From IMG/VR virus record IMGVR_UViG_3300037067_013225, positions 32,001 to 96,000 of that record: a stretch of 64,000 nucleotides of DNA; one strand, given 5' to 3'. The DNA is from a virus (lineage: Duplodnaviria; Caudoviricetes). Shown piece by piece: positions 40,928 to 51,529 of this stretch (its first letter is position 1; each line of letters begins with the position of its first letter). The position numbers and the translations under genes are program-made. The notes below the pieces were generated by a model. The model ran no database searches. It was not told the origin of the DNA and saw only the letters and a list, made by a program, of their open reading frames with translations.

Positions 40928-41873
40928 CACTGATTATATTCTGATCGTGTTATTGGGTGCCGTGGGAGATGCCATATTGGCCTCGATTGTATTAAAGAAT
41001 ATTCGTGCATGTTATCCTGGATCTCAGATACATTGGCTTATTTTAGACAAATATTTCAGTGTTGTGGGGAAGAATATCTCGGATGTGGATCGTTGGATTA
41101 TTGCCGAAAAAGAATTGCCCAGATTCGATTTTTCTGGGACGGCCTATTACTATAAACAGCCGCAAATATTAAAACAATTTTTATCAATATGTAATACGAG
41201 ATATCGTGCCGTTATAAAATTAATAGGTATTGAGAGAGATGAAATACTGGACATTAAGACGAATTATGATGGTCATCAGGCGGAATGTTTTTTAGAGGCA
41301 TGCAATCGTCAATTACCCATTACAAAGGATATCAGATGTGGTTCGTATGCACTGATTGACGAGGATCGTTCTACGTGGAACGGTTGGGTTGACGGGAACA
41401 TTGATCCTAGCAAACAGTATATTTGTTCCGAGTTGTTCGCTAGATCTGCCGGAAAAACTATCTCCGATACAGAGAGGATATTTTTGGCAAGATCCATGCA
41501 CGATATATTTGGTATTCAGACCATATTTATGCATGCCAAATCGGATACAGCTAAAGCACATGAGTTTTATAACGGGATTGTTTTCGGTAGAGACGATAAT
41601 CCATATATTATGTGCGATCTTCCTTTAGGTGCTGCAACTTACGGTGTCAAGGCTTTGGGGAGATTATTTATAAGTTACTGTACTGGACAAAGCTGGGCTG
41701 TTTGTGCTACAAGCCAGCAAACACCGATATTGGAAATTATCAGTCCCACGTTATCCCAAATACATCCCAAAATTGGCAACATATATAATCCATTCGGTGC
41801 AACAAATATTACCTCTTTGGTAACTTGCGATGTCAACCGTATACATGATTCTCTAAGGGAGATGTTATCTTGA
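40902..41873 (+). CDS. GT9-like glycosyltransferase
   Basis: LGAVGDAIL..YPGSQIHW; paralogous to C-terminal half of the previous gene. Confidence 0.7.
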   Translation: MRSRHYKDNTDYILIVLLGAVGDAILASIVLKNIRACYPGSQIHWLILDKYFSVVGKNISDVDRWIIAEKELPRFDFSGTAYYYKQPQILKQFLSICNTRYRAVIKLIGIERDEILDIKTNYDGHQAECFLEACNRQLPITKDIRCGSYALIDEDRSTWNGWVDGNIDPSKQYICSELFARSAGKTISDTERIFLARSMHDIFGIQTIFMHAKSDTAKAHEFYNGIVFGRDDNPYIMCDLPLGAATYGVKALGRLFISYCTGQSWAVCATSQQTPILEIISPTLSQIHPKIGNIYNPFGATNITSLVTCDVNRIHDSLREMLS

Positions 41874-42778
41874 AAATAGCCGTTATCGTTCCATTTTCTG
41901 GTGGCGATATCATATTATCGCAAAAATTGCTTGCGGGGTTGAAACACGATCATCATCAGGTAGACTTCTATACTGATGATCAATTTAAGAATATCGTGGA
42001 ACTTAATCCACATATAGACAAACTTATTACATGTAAGCGAGATATGTTGCCAACGCATCAAGATAAAACTCGTTACGAATCGTTGCTTGCCATTGCCAAC
42101 AATTTATACGATCAATGTCCCAAGGCATCTTATGACAAAGTATATAATTGTCATTCGCTACAATATCCCGGAGATGAGTTCTGGCATAAAATTCGTGACA
42201 AAAAATATACATTGTTTGATTTTGTCATGGATAAGGTTGATATACCCGTTGCTATTGAAGATGTAAATAAAATATATGTGAATGAAGACGATCAGCGTCA
42301 GGCAATGACATTTCTTAATGGTATTCCTAAACGCAAAAATATATGTATAGATTTGATCGCTAAAAGTTATCCATATGATCTCAATAAATTGCCATCGCTC
42401 ATTCATCCCATTGCGTTGCATTCCGATTGCTTTAATTTTATCTTGAATAAGTGTCAAATAGAACAACTGCCGCATGATAGCATATTCAAAAATGCATTTA
42501 ATCTAGATAACGTTTTTATTATCGATAATTATACATGGCGCGAATGGTCTGAGACAATAGCGAGAGCCGATTATTATATCGGAATAGATAGTGGGATATC
42601 GTTTTTAGCTGGATTGCATCGTAAGAAATCGATTATCGTTCGTAGCAATATTTTACCATTAACATATAGTGGATGGCATTATTTATTCGGGCATGATAAC
42701 GCATTGGAATTAAATATTGAAGATGTTGCTCTAGATACTCAATTTAACAATAGGATCGGAGAATGGATAAAAGAATAA
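41870..42778 (+). CDS. GT9-like glycosyltransferase
   Basis: GGDIIL, NPHIDKL, YIGIDSGISFLA. Confidence 0.8.
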   Translation: MKIAVIVPFSGGDIILSQKLLAGLKHDHHQVDFYTDDQFKNIVELNPHIDKLITCKRDMLPTHQDKTRYESLLAIANNLYDQCPKASYDKVYNCHSLQYPGDEFWHKIRDKKYTLFDFVMDKVDIPVAIEDVNKIYVNEDDQRQAMTFLNGIPKRKNICIDLIAKSYPYDLNKLPSLIHPIALHSDCFNFILNKCQIEQLPHDSIFKNAFNLDNVFIIDNYTWREWSETIARADYYIGIDSGISFLAGLHRKKSIIVRSNILPLTYSGWHYLFGHDNALELNIEDVALDTQFNNRIGEWIKE

Positions 42779-43920
42779 TTGGTTTAGCTACAGTGGACAT
42801 TACTGATGCGGAAATAGATGCCGTAGCCAAGGTTCTGAAAAGTGGAAAAATTTCGCCAGGAAGTGTTCAGCGCGAGTTCGAAGATTACGTAGCGAATAAG
42901 CATGGAATGAAATATGGAACGTTTGTTAATAGTGGTCAGAGCGCGCTTCATCTCTCCTTCGAGGCTCTAAAATATGAAAAGGATTATCAATATATCGTTT
43001 GTCCAGCTACCACATATATATCTACTGTTTTTGCCGCTTGGAATGCGGGGCTTGGGGTCAAACTGGTAGACGTTGATTCTGAGACATACAATATGAGGGA
43101 TTTCTCTGATATCAATGATAAAACAGCAATTATGTGTCCGGTTAATTTAATGGGGCTGAGCGCCAATCATCCTAACTATTTCAATATACCATCAGGTGTG
43201 GCTCCGGTGGTGGAGGATAATTGTGAAAGTATATTCGCTCCGTTTAGTGGATATGGCGATTTTATGTGCTTGAGTTTTTATGCTGCGCATCAGATTACTA
43301 CTGGTTCCGGGGGTATGATTTGTACTAATTCTATAGAGCGGGACCGATTGATAAAAAGTATCTGTAATCATGGACGTGCTGATTCCACCAATCTCTATAC
43401 TGCTGATCGTAATGAATCATACGACAAGAGCAAAAAGTTTATATTTGATAAGGTCGGATTTTCTTACAAAATGGGAGATTATATGGCCGCGCTGGGATTG
43501 GTACAAGCGCAGAGATCTGCTGAGATTATCGGTAAAAAGGTAGAGGTTGCCCACAAACTCATAGACAGATTATCTATACATTCTGAGCGCATTCAGTTAC
43601 CAACGAAAATCGGTAACACTTTTATGAATTTCCCCATAGTCGTCAAAGGTAGAAAAACTGGCCTAGTCAATCATCTAAATGATTGGCAGATCGAAACACG
43701 AGATCTTATGCCAGTATTGAATCAACCGATAATTCAAAAAGAATTGCAAAAAAATATTTTCCGTATGGTTCACACCAAGAATATTATTCATCGGTGTAGA
43801 GATTTATCTGTTTCGGAGAGTCTTCTAGACAGTGGATTTTATATCGGATGTCATCAAGGTATGACCGATGAAGACGTAGAGTATGTGGGGGAGGTTTTTG
43901 ATGCCTATTTCCAAGCCTAG
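42763..43920 (+). CDS. DegT/DnrJ-family PLP enzyme, ColD/E1-type 3-dehydratase (His in place of Lys)
   Basis: NSGQSAL, VEDNCES, SFYAAHQITTGSGG. Confidence 0.8.
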   Translation: MDKRIIGLATVDITDAEIDAVAKVLKSGKISPGSVQREFEDYVANKHGMKYGTFVNSGQSALHLSFEALKYEKDYQYIVCPATTYISTVFAAWNAGLGVKLVDVDSETYNMRDFSDINDKTAIMCPVNLMGLSANHPNYFNIPSGVAPVVEDNCESIFAPFSGYGDFMCLSFYAAHQITTGSGGMICTNSIERDRLIKSICNHGRADSTNLYTADRNESYDKSKKFIFDKVGFSYKMGDYMAALGLVQAQRSAEIIGKKVEVAHKLIDRLSIHSERIQLPTKIGNTFMNFPIVVKGRKTGLVNHLNDWQIETRDLMPVLNQPIIQKELQKNIFRMVHTKNIIHRCRDLSVSESLLDSGFYIGCHQGMTDEDVEYVGEVFDAYFQA

Positions 43921-44605
43921 ATTATTGATTCTGGGTAGCGGTCCTAGTGCGCCCACCATACAGCCATATCTGGGACATTTTGATTGTACGCTGGTTATTA
44001 ATGGAGCTATTAAATTGGTGCCAGACGCAACCCATATGATTGTACAGGATCGCGCTGCCGACAAGCAAGATTGGTTTTCCATTCCTACACCGAAAACAGA
44101 GCGTTATATCGATTATTTATTATCTGAAAAAGATCCACAACCCCATATCAAGTGGTTCCCTCAATGGTCTGCCCTGCCAGAATATGAAAAAGAAGCTATA
44201 TCGTATGTTCATTTTAAAAACAATCCGGATAAATTTGTTTTAAGTAAAGATTTACTTCTAAATAATCGTCATCATAAATATTTATTTGGACACTTTTCAT
44301 GTGTGACATTCGCACTTGACTTAGCGTATACACTGGGTTATACGGATGTTTGCATGTGTGGCATCGACATGTGTGATAAGGGTAGAATCTATTATGAGGG
44401 GCTGGGTGAGGATGAATCAATTTATAGTGTTAAGGATACTGAAAAATTCAAATATCCCGTTACAGAATATCAATATTATTGTATCTCTATGCTAAATGCT
44501 ATGACAGATATTTATTCTTCTGAAATGAAAATCGTTGATTTGTCCGATGGAAATCTCAACAAAAGTATATCTGCGGAACAATATTTCAACCATAAGGATA
44601 TTTAA
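43901..44605 (+). CDS. sialyltransferase/Maf-like glycosyltransferase domain protein
   Basis: LILGSGPS, ALDLAYTLGYTDVCMCGIDM. Confidence 0.6.
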   Translation: MPISKPRLLILGSGPSAPTIQPYLGHFDCTLVINGAIKLVPDATHMIVQDRAADKQDWFSIPTPKTERYIDYLLSEKDPQPHIKWFPQWSALPEYEKEAISYVHFKNNPDKFVLSKDLLLNNRHHKYLFGHFSCVTFALDLAYTLGYTDVCMCGIDMCDKGRIYYEGLGEDESIYSVKDTEKFKYPVTEYQYYCISMLNAMTDIYSSEMKIVDLSDGNLNKSISAEQYFNHKDI

Positions 44606-45879
44606 TGCTATATAGTAAGATCATTAACGATTTATGGGATACAAGACGGGATTTAATTTCGGACGGTTACGATAGTGCGATTGATTATCTGCAATCATTG
44701 CTGCCGGATTCTACAATACATTCCTTCCACACCGGATATCGAACTAATCACTGGACGGTTCCTCCAAAGTGGGTGCTGAAACAAGCATATATACAGGATA
44801 ATCTAACTCAGGAAAAAATTATCGACATATCTAAGCATGGATTGCATGTTATGTCATATTCGCAAGCTGTAGATATTCCTCATGCAACATGGGATTTTGT
44901 GAACAAACATTTGTCAGATAATGCGAAATGTCCCAATGGTATACCATTTAAGTTTTCCTACTATAAGGATGAATGGGGATTCTGTTGTTCCACGAAGGAC
45001 AGGAGAAAATTTTCTCGCGAGAAATATGATGCAGATTTCTCCATCAAGATAGACTCTGAATTTCTGCCAGGTGAACTAAAGGTTCTCGAATATGTTGTGC
45101 GTGGTTCTAGAGATAAGGAAATACTTATCATGGCTCATTTAGATCATCCATATCAGATTAATGATGGTTTATCCGGTGTCGCAGCATTAATAGATATTGC
45201 TTTGTCCATTAAAAATCCGAAATATACTTATAGATTTTGGATATTGCCCGAAACGATTGGTTCCATATGTATGCTACACAGGTTCCCCCTTCCGAATATC
45301 GATAGCGCAATCTTTCTAGATATGCTCGGTGCAGACGGACTATTGGTTTGCCAACTTCCCAGTCCCGTCATGTCACCACTGCTTGGCTCTATAAAAAAAT
45401 ACACAATGACGACAAAAAATCTACGTTATATAGGTAATGACGATAGAGTTTTAAATTTCGCCGGTATACCGTGTTATTCGTTTAATCGGATTAATCATCT
45501 TGACAATGCTTTTGGAGACCCATATAAGGAGTATCATACCAGTGAGGATAATGTTTATGGTACGAAAAATATGGATGATGCCATTAGTACGATTTCAAAC
45601 ATACTAAATTATTATGAATGCGATGAAACAGTTAGATGTTTTACTAACGAGATGCCGTGTTTATCCGCAATAAACAGTTTATCTACACAAGCAAATATGT
45701 ATAATTTTATGTCGGATATTTTTTCGTCGTCAGAGAAGGAACAAATATTATCTATATGTCGCGATGATTACATGGAAATTAGAGACTTGTGCGAATTATT
45801 CACTAAAGATTATAGCGATATGTTATTGTTGTTGCAGGAATTTGCAAACAATGGGTTGGTGGTGATTCGCAATGTTTAA
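44605..45879 (+). CDS. DUF4910/DUF2172 aminopeptidase-like protein
   Basis: WTVPPKW, HVMSYS, SYYKDEWGFC, AHLDHP..NDGLSG, YTYRF..PETIGS, EYHTSEDN. Confidence 0.85.
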   Translation: MLYSKIINDLWDTRRDLISDGYDSAIDYLQSLLPDSTIHSFHTGYRTNHWTVPPKWVLKQAYIQDNLTQEKIIDISKHGLHVMSYSQAVDIPHATWDFVNKHLSDNAKCPNGIPFKFSYYKDEWGFCCSTKDRRKFSREKYDADFSIKIDSEFLPGELKVLEYVVRGSRDKEILIMAHLDHPYQINDGLSGVAALIDIALSIKNPKYTYRFWILPETIGSICMLHRFPLPNIDSAIFLDMLGADGLLVCQLPSPVMSPLLGSIKKYTMTTKNLRYIGNDDRVLNFAGIPCYSFNRINHLDNAFGDPYKEYHTSEDNVYGTKNMDDAISTISNILNYYECDETVRCFTNEMPCLSAINSLSTQANMYNFMSDIFSSSEKEQILSICRDDYMEIRDLCELFTKDYSDMLLLLQEFANNGLVVIRNV

Positions 45880-46993
45880 TCGTAATAAACAGCAGCAATT
45901 ATATGATGAGACATATTTGGAATTATATAATCAGGACGATGTTAGGAGATCTCAGGCATATATTGGAGAATTATCTCGCATAAAGAATTTTGTTCCATCG
46001 TCTGGTGCTGTATTGGATATAGGGTGTGGGACTGGTAGTTTTCTCGCGACAGATAAACATTCTATCAAAGTCTTCAAAAACTATACGTTATTTGGTATAG
46101 AGATATCTAAAATTGCGTCGGAATTGGCCGCAGAAAATGGTATATCTATTATAAACGAATGCGATATGGTTGACGATACCTATGACGTTATTATTATGCG
46201 TGGTGTCATTCAACACCTACCCAATCCATTAGACATGATATCTAAATGTTATAGATCATTAAAACCGGGTGGTAGGCTTATATTTTTAGCTACACCAAAC
46301 AGTAATTCGATTTATTATAAATTATGGGGAACGTTGCCTATGCTCAACCCCAAATATAATTTTTTAATCCCCAGCGATACAGAACTGCAAAATATTTTGG
46401 TTAATTTCGGATTCCGGGTTGATGATATAGTTTATCCATACGAAAAACCATATGCTCGACCAACAGATTATATTAAATTTGTTGCAAAATTATTGGGTGC
46501 GAATCTACAATTCGCTTTTCCTCATAACATGATGGAAATATATGCGACGAAGCCAACTCCTATAAAATATGATAAATATTCGGTTATAACATCATTGGGT
46601 GACTTAATAGACTCGATGGAGACAATTCACTTAAAGTTGGAGCATCATAAAGATCCGACAGTATTGGATCGATTAGAAGAACAACGTAAAGTCATAGCTA
46701 TGTCTATTAGGCTGATAGAAAATGGTTCGTGTGCTTTCCTCTCGTTTCCTAAATATAAGGTATATGATGCCGACATAGATATTCCATTTATGGGTTATGG
46801 GGATGCCGTGAATGAACTCAAAAAAACAGTTAGGGATTTATGGGATTTGCAAGAATTTGTCAATCTTAAAAAGTATACCTCAGCTACCAGGGAGGATATG
46901 TTGGCATATATTGCGGAACTAGATTCACTAAACAGAAAGCGAAATTACCTCATAGATAGAATCAACACCATATTTAAGGACGAACATCAATGA
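45872..46993 (+). CDS. class I SAM methyltransferase with helical C-terminal domain
   Basis: VLDIGCGTG, VIQHLPNP, LKPGGRLI..TPN. Confidence 0.85.
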   Translation: MFNRNKQQQLYDETYLELYNQDDVRRSQAYIGELSRIKNFVPSSGAVLDIGCGTGSFLATDKHSIKVFKNYTLFGIEISKIASELAAENGISIINECDMVDDTYDVIIMRGVIQHLPNPLDMISKCYRSLKPGGRLIFLATPNSNSIYYKLWGTLPMLNPKYNFLIPSDTELQNILVNFGFRVDDIVYPYEKPYARPTDYIKFVAKLLGANLQFAFPHNMMEIYATKPTPIKYDKYSVITSLGDLIDSMETIHLKLEHHKDPTVLDRLEEQRKVIAMSIRLIENGSCAFLSFPKYKVYDADIDIPFMGYGDAVNELKKTVRDLWDLQEFVNLKKYTSATREDMLAYIAELDSLNRKRNYLIDRINTIFKDEHQ

Positions 46994-48027
46994 ACGCTCT
47001 AGTAACGGGTATTTCGGGTCAAGATGGGAGTTATCTGGCAGAATTACTTTTAGACGAGGGGATTTCTGTCATCGGTATGTATCGTCGTTCCGCTGCACCA
47101 AATCTATGGCGACTCAAAAATTGCATCAATCATCCCAATCTGCAATTAATCGAGGGGGATCTAACTGACACGCAATCAGTCAACAACATTATTAAAAACG
47201 TTCACCCGACATATCTATTCAATTTGGCAGCTAACTCGTATGTTGCGTCATCATTTATCACACCAGAATCCGTCATAGATATCAATGGAACCGGTGTGGT
47301 TAGGCTACTAGAGGCTCTAAAAAACTATTCACCAGACACCATATTCTATCAAGCTAGTACATCAGAACTATATGGATCTAACTCATCCATATATTCACCA
47401 CAGGATGAACAAACGCCATTTATGCCAGCAAGCCCTTATGGGCTTGCTAAATTATTAGCATATCATGCCGTAAAACATTACAAGAATGCTTATGGGCTTA
47501 AAACATATCAAGGTATACTTTTCAATCACGAAGGTCCGCGCCGTGGCATTAATTTTGTTACAAGAAAAATTTCTCATGCTGTCGCGCAAATGGTATCTGG
47601 CAAGACGGAATGTATGTTACTTGGCAATCTCAACTCGTGTCGCGATTGGGGACATGCTAAGAGCTATGTTAAATGTATGTGGAAGTTGGTCAATCAGGAT
47701 AAAATAGATACCGTTGTAATCGGAACCGGTACCACACATACCGTGAGGGAATTCTGCGAATCAGCTTTTAAATCCGTAGGTATGCATATAAAATGGAGTG
47801 GAGACGGAATTAATGAAATCGGATATGATGATAAAGATATCGCCAGAGTAGCCATTGATCCGAAATATTTTAGACCGGAAGAAGTGGGATATTTGTTATC
47901 TAGGCCGGATTTAGCTAAATCAGTTTTGGGTTGGAATCCACATTCGATTGCTTTCGAAGACATGGTGAGCGAAATGGTGTTTACCGATCTCTACAGGATT
48001 GAACACGGAGTGTTGAATGAGTTTTAA
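46990..48027 (+). CDS. gmd: GDP-mannose 4,6-dehydratase
   Basis: TGISGQDGSYLAE, YQASTSELYG, SPYGLAK, LFNHEGPRRG.NFVTRK, RDWGHA, YFRPEEV. Confidence 0.95.
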   Translation: MNALVTGISGQDGSYLAELLLDEGISVIGMYRRSAAPNLWRLKNCINHPNLQLIEGDLTDTQSVNNIIKNVHPTYLFNLAANSYVASSFITPESVIDINGTGVVRLLEALKNYSPDTIFYQASTSELYGSNSSIYSPQDEQTPFMPASPYGLAKLLAYHAVKHYKNAYGLKTYQGILFNHEGPRRGINFVTRKISHAVAQMVSGKTECMLLGNLNSCRDWGHAKSYVKCMWKLVNQDKIDTVVIGTGTTHTVREFCESAFKSVGMHIKWSGDGINEIGYDDKDIARVAIDPKYFRPEEVGYLLSRPDLAKSVLGWNPHSIAFEDMVSEMVFTDLYRIEHGVLNEF

Positions 48028-48958
48028 GGTGGATGGGATCATTGTTTTGGCTGGCGGAGAAGGAATGCGATTACGCCCATTAACATTTGATATGCCGAAA
48101 ATATTAGTGCCATTTATGCACTACGATACATATTTGCGTTACTTATTAGCATATCTGGATATGTCATTGCCGGGTATTCCTGTGGCGATTTCTGCCGGAT
48201 ATAAAGCCGATCAAATACAGGGACTTTGTTTTCCAGGGAACCCTATGGTGGTTGTGGAGGACGTGCCATTGGGTACTGGTGGGGCAATTGTCGAAGCCAT
48301 TAAACAAACAGGATTTAAGTACCCTCTAATTATGAATGGTGATTGTTTGATGGACGATATCGATTTAGACTATTTCGTGGCAAGCGCTCAAGAAAGAGAT
48401 TGTTGGTGTACTATTTTGGGAGTTTGGAAACATAATGCATCCAGATATGGAAATATTCGGGTAGATGGCGATATCATTAGTGAATTCGTAGAGAAATCCC
48501 CCATACCATTATCGACAATGGATCATAGAGGTCTTATATCGTCGGGTATTTATATTATAGATGCTAAAAAATATCTCGATGTTACATCGCATTGTAATGG
48601 GCGTTTTTCTATAGAAAAAGAGGTATTCGAAAAACATCATGATATCGCTATTGGTTATGATAAATATATTGGATCTAGCGATCTAAATACTTATGTCGAT
48701 ATCGGAACCATAGAATCATATCGAGACAGTCAGGTGCGTTTGGCTGGTGGTAATCCGGTGATTCACAAGACGGCCATTATTGGTTCGACTACCTTAATCG
48801 ATAACAGTATTATACATGAAGGTGTACATATCGGAGATGGTTGCTTAATAGATAGATGTATTATTGCTAGAAATGCCGTTATTGAGGATAATTGTGAGTT
48901 AAAAAATGTATGTATCGCTGCCAAATCAATAATTAAACGAGGTACTAGACTATGTTGA
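48017..48958 (+). CDS. sugar-1-phosphate guanylyltransferase (ManC/HddC-like)
   Basis: LAGGEGMRLRP..PK, PLGTGG, NGD, FVEK, DIGT; C-terminal left-handed beta helix. Confidence 0.88.
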   Translation: MSFKVDGIIVLAGGEGMRLRPLTFDMPKILVPFMHYDTYLRYLLAYLDMSLPGIPVAISAGYKADQIQGLCFPGNPMVVVEDVPLGTGGAIVEAIKQTGFKYPLIMNGDCLMDDIDLDYFVASAQERDCWCTILGVWKHNASRYGNIRVDGDIISEFVEKSPIPLSTMDHRGLISSGIYIIDAKKYLDVTSHCNGRFSIEKEVFEKHHDIAIGYDKYIGSSDLNTYVDIGTIESYRDSQVRLAGGNPVIHKTAIIGSTTLIDNSIIHEGVHIGDGCLIDRCIIARNAVIEDNCELKNVCIAAKSIIKRGTRLC

Positions 48959-50214
48959 TGTTAGGTACAGCCGGTGCTCGATGGGATTCTGATATAAATG
49001 ATAATGAAATAGATTTTCTCATACTAAGATTTTATCGATATATTTGTGAACAAAGAAACAATTATAAATACATTGCTGATAAAATTTATGTTGGTTTTGA
49101 TGCTCGACCGCAAAGTGCCGTTTTAGCTAGAAGGATAAAGGCATTAATAGATATTGCGCCAAACGACGACAGGATACATTTGGTTAATGGTGTTCCGATT
49201 ACAACGCCCATGTTGTGTCGTATCTGCCAAGAACATAGGGCTTATGGTATGATGTTTACTGCTTCGCACAATCCCTCCAACTATGTTGGTGTTAAATTTA
49301 TTACTCCGGACGGGACTTTATTTGAGAGCGGCGATGTTTCACGTATCAATGGATTGCATGTAGGATTGGATGTGGAATATCATCCGGTAATGGAGTTCTA
49401 TCGACTTTTCGATCTGGTTAAGTTTAAAAATAAAGAATACTCATTCAGTACATTGGGCGGGGCTGCAAGGGGATATATAAGGGATATTTTTCAGGGTGGA
49501 ATTGAGGAAGATAATACACCGGCATTGGGTAATTCTTTAGAGCCAAGGGAGAACAATGTTGTTTTGCCGAGACAGAATGGAATAACGTTCGCATTGGATG
49601 GTGATGGTGATCGATTGTTGGTATTCATTGATGGTCAGGCGCTCACACCCAGTGAAACTTTCATGTTATTTGTCAAGGCATCGATGAAATATCGCGCTTT
49701 GTCTCATGCTATAGCGGCATACAATATGTCTAACACAATAGAGCAATATTGTACAGAAAATTATATATCATTTGAATGGAGTAAAATAGGATTCCAGCAT
49801 ATAACCCCCAAATATAAAGCTGTATCTGGTTTTGTTGCTGCTGGTGAGGAATCCGGTGGATTAGCTTTGCATCCCGTTTTCAGTGATCGGGATGGTATAG
49901 CAGCGGCGATAATCCTGATGGAATATAATGAGAATTATGGTCTGCGACATGAATTGAGCTATATTCGCAACAGATTCGGACGTATGCGATATAATAGATA
50001 TGATTTACGCAATCAGACTATATCCGACATTACCAAGAAAATTCCGGAACTAAATTCATTGATGCAGAATATTGATGGAGAAAAATATCTGTTTGAGTCT
50101 GGTTGGATGATGCTTAGAGAATCTGGAACGGAGCCGCTAACTCGCATATATTGCGAAACATATTACGATGATAATTTTGATCTAAAACAATTTATCGATG
50201 GCAGAATATCTTGA
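48952..50214 (+). CDS. phosphomannomutase/phosphoglucomutase
   Basis: TASHNP, DGDGDR, GEESG, RESGTEP. Confidence 0.92.
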   Translation: MLMLGTAGARWDSDINDNEIDFLILRFYRYICEQRNNYKYIADKIYVGFDARPQSAVLARRIKALIDIAPNDDRIHLVNGVPITTPMLCRICQEHRAYGMMFTASHNPSNYVGVKFITPDGTLFESGDVSRINGLHVGLDVEYHPVMEFYRLFDLVKFKNKEYSFSTLGGAARGYIRDIFQGGIEEDNTPALGNSLEPRENNVVLPRQNGITFALDGDGDRLLVFIDGQALTPSETFMLFVKASMKYRALSHAIAAYNMSNTIEQYCTENYISFEWSKIGFQHITPKYKAVSGFVAAGEESGGLALHPVFSDRDGIAAAIILMEYNENYGLRHELSYIRNRFGRMRYNRYDLRNQTISDITKKIPELNSLMQNIDGEKYLFESGWMMLRESGTEPLTRIYCETYYDDNFDLKQFIDGRIS

Positions 50215-50945
50215 TATCTATAGTAACGCCCATACTTGGTAGGGCGGAATTTATACCTATAATTCGTAAGATTGTCGCATCGCAGAAATATGATAGTTTT
50301 GAATGGATTATTGCCGAAGAGAGAGAAAGTTTCAACGCGCATCAGACCAATATACCAGAAGCGAATTATATAATTGTAGACGGTGGAATGAATATCGGTG
50401 ATAAAAGAAATCTCCTAGTAGAACGAGCAAGTGGAGATATCATTGTAAACTTTGACTTAGATGATTATTATTCACCATCATATCTATCTGCCGCAGCACA
50501 ATTAATCTGCAATTATGCGGCTGTGAATCACGATCCGCTATATCTGTATTCATTGCGGAATAGGACTGTACAAAGAGCCATACGCAGGCCGTATTGGGGT
50601 TCTGGAGCCGTCTATACACGCGATATCTGGGCCAAACACACATATCCTGCCGCAACGGTACGTCAGGGCGAAGACACTGTTTTCTTTCGTAGGATCGCTG
50701 AATTGTACGGTCTTAATCGTGTAGGGGGACTTTTGGCAACCTCACAATTATCGGCGCTGATGTTAGCGATACGTCACGGTGCTAATACTACGGTAGATAA
50801 ACGCCGTGGAAGCGTGATACCGGACAATAGTGCTGAGTTTCTAATGGGGCGGGTTCAAGACAGGGATATTTTGGATTTTTATATGGTTAAAGGAGGTTTT
50901 TCTCGATCAGTGCCTTCAACCGCACGAAGTCGTCGGGTGAGATAA
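50211..50945 (+). CDS. family 2 glycosyltransferase
   Basis: ISIVTP, IGDKRN, ASGDIIVNFDLDDYY, GED. Confidence 0.88.
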   Translation: MISIVTPILGRAEFIPIIRKIVASQKYDSFEWIIAEERESFNAHQTNIPEANYIIVDGGMNIGDKRNLLVERASGDIIVNFDLDDYYSPSYLSAAAQLICNYAAVNHDPLYLYSLRNRTVQRAIRRPYWGSGAVYTRDIWAKHTYPAATVRQGEDTVFFRRIAELYGLNRVGGLLATSQLSALMLAIRHGANTTVDKRRGSVIPDNSAEFLMGRVQDRDILDFYMVKGGFSRSVPSTARSRRVR

Positions 50946-51078
50946 GATTGGCACGTTTGGTTGCAATTTCCGTAATCACAGCATTATAGAACACCGTCAA
51001 CAACTCCTTGGCTCTATAAAGATCGTCTATTTTTTCAATAGCATTTAGAGTATTAGTTTCGATGGGTGTTTTAGACAT
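50887..51078 (-). CDS. small hypothetical protein
   Basis: 63 aa, last gene of the minus-strand operon. Confidence 0.5.
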   Translation of the reverse strand: MSKTPIETNTLNAIEKIDDLYRAKELLTVFYNAVITEIATKRANLISPDDFVRLKALIEKNLL

Positions 51079-51079
51079 T

Positions 51080-51529
51080 CTATTCCCTTATTTTATTCAG
51101 TTTAGAGATAATTTCATTGCGCTGCAACTCACCCACATTTCTAAATTCGGTAGTTTTATCTTTGTGGATGAATACCGTTACAGGAATCGTTTCTGCATCA
51201 TATAGGGATACGGCACGATCTGAAAAACCAAATATCCAGGGATATTTCTGATCATGGATATATTTTACGGGATTACCTTGTTTGTCTACCGCGATACTGA
51301 TAAATGTGATATCTTTATAATCCGGATATATTTTGTTTAGTGTTTTTAATTCGCTCAAGCAATACGGACACCACATCGCGAAAAAATTTAACATTATAGG
51401 TTGGTCATAGTCGGATAATTTTGACTCATTCCCATTAAACGTAATAAAATCGAAATCTGGGGCGATTTTAGTTGCGCTAACTAGGAGAAGGGATACCAAT
51501 ACAGTTATGATTAGATATATTTTCCTCAT
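51080..51529 (-). CDS. TlpA/ResA-like exported thiol-disulfide oxidoreductase
   Basis: Signal peptide, APDF, NFFAMWCPYC, IPVTVFI. Confidence 0.88.
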   Translation of the reverse strand: MRKIYLIITVLVSLLLVSATKIAPDFDFITFNGNESKLSDYDQPIMLNFFAMWCPYCLSELKTLNKIYPDYKDITFISIAVDKQGNPVKYIHDQKYPWIFGFSDRAVSLYDAETIPVTVFIHKDKTTEFRNVGELQRNEIISKLNKIRE

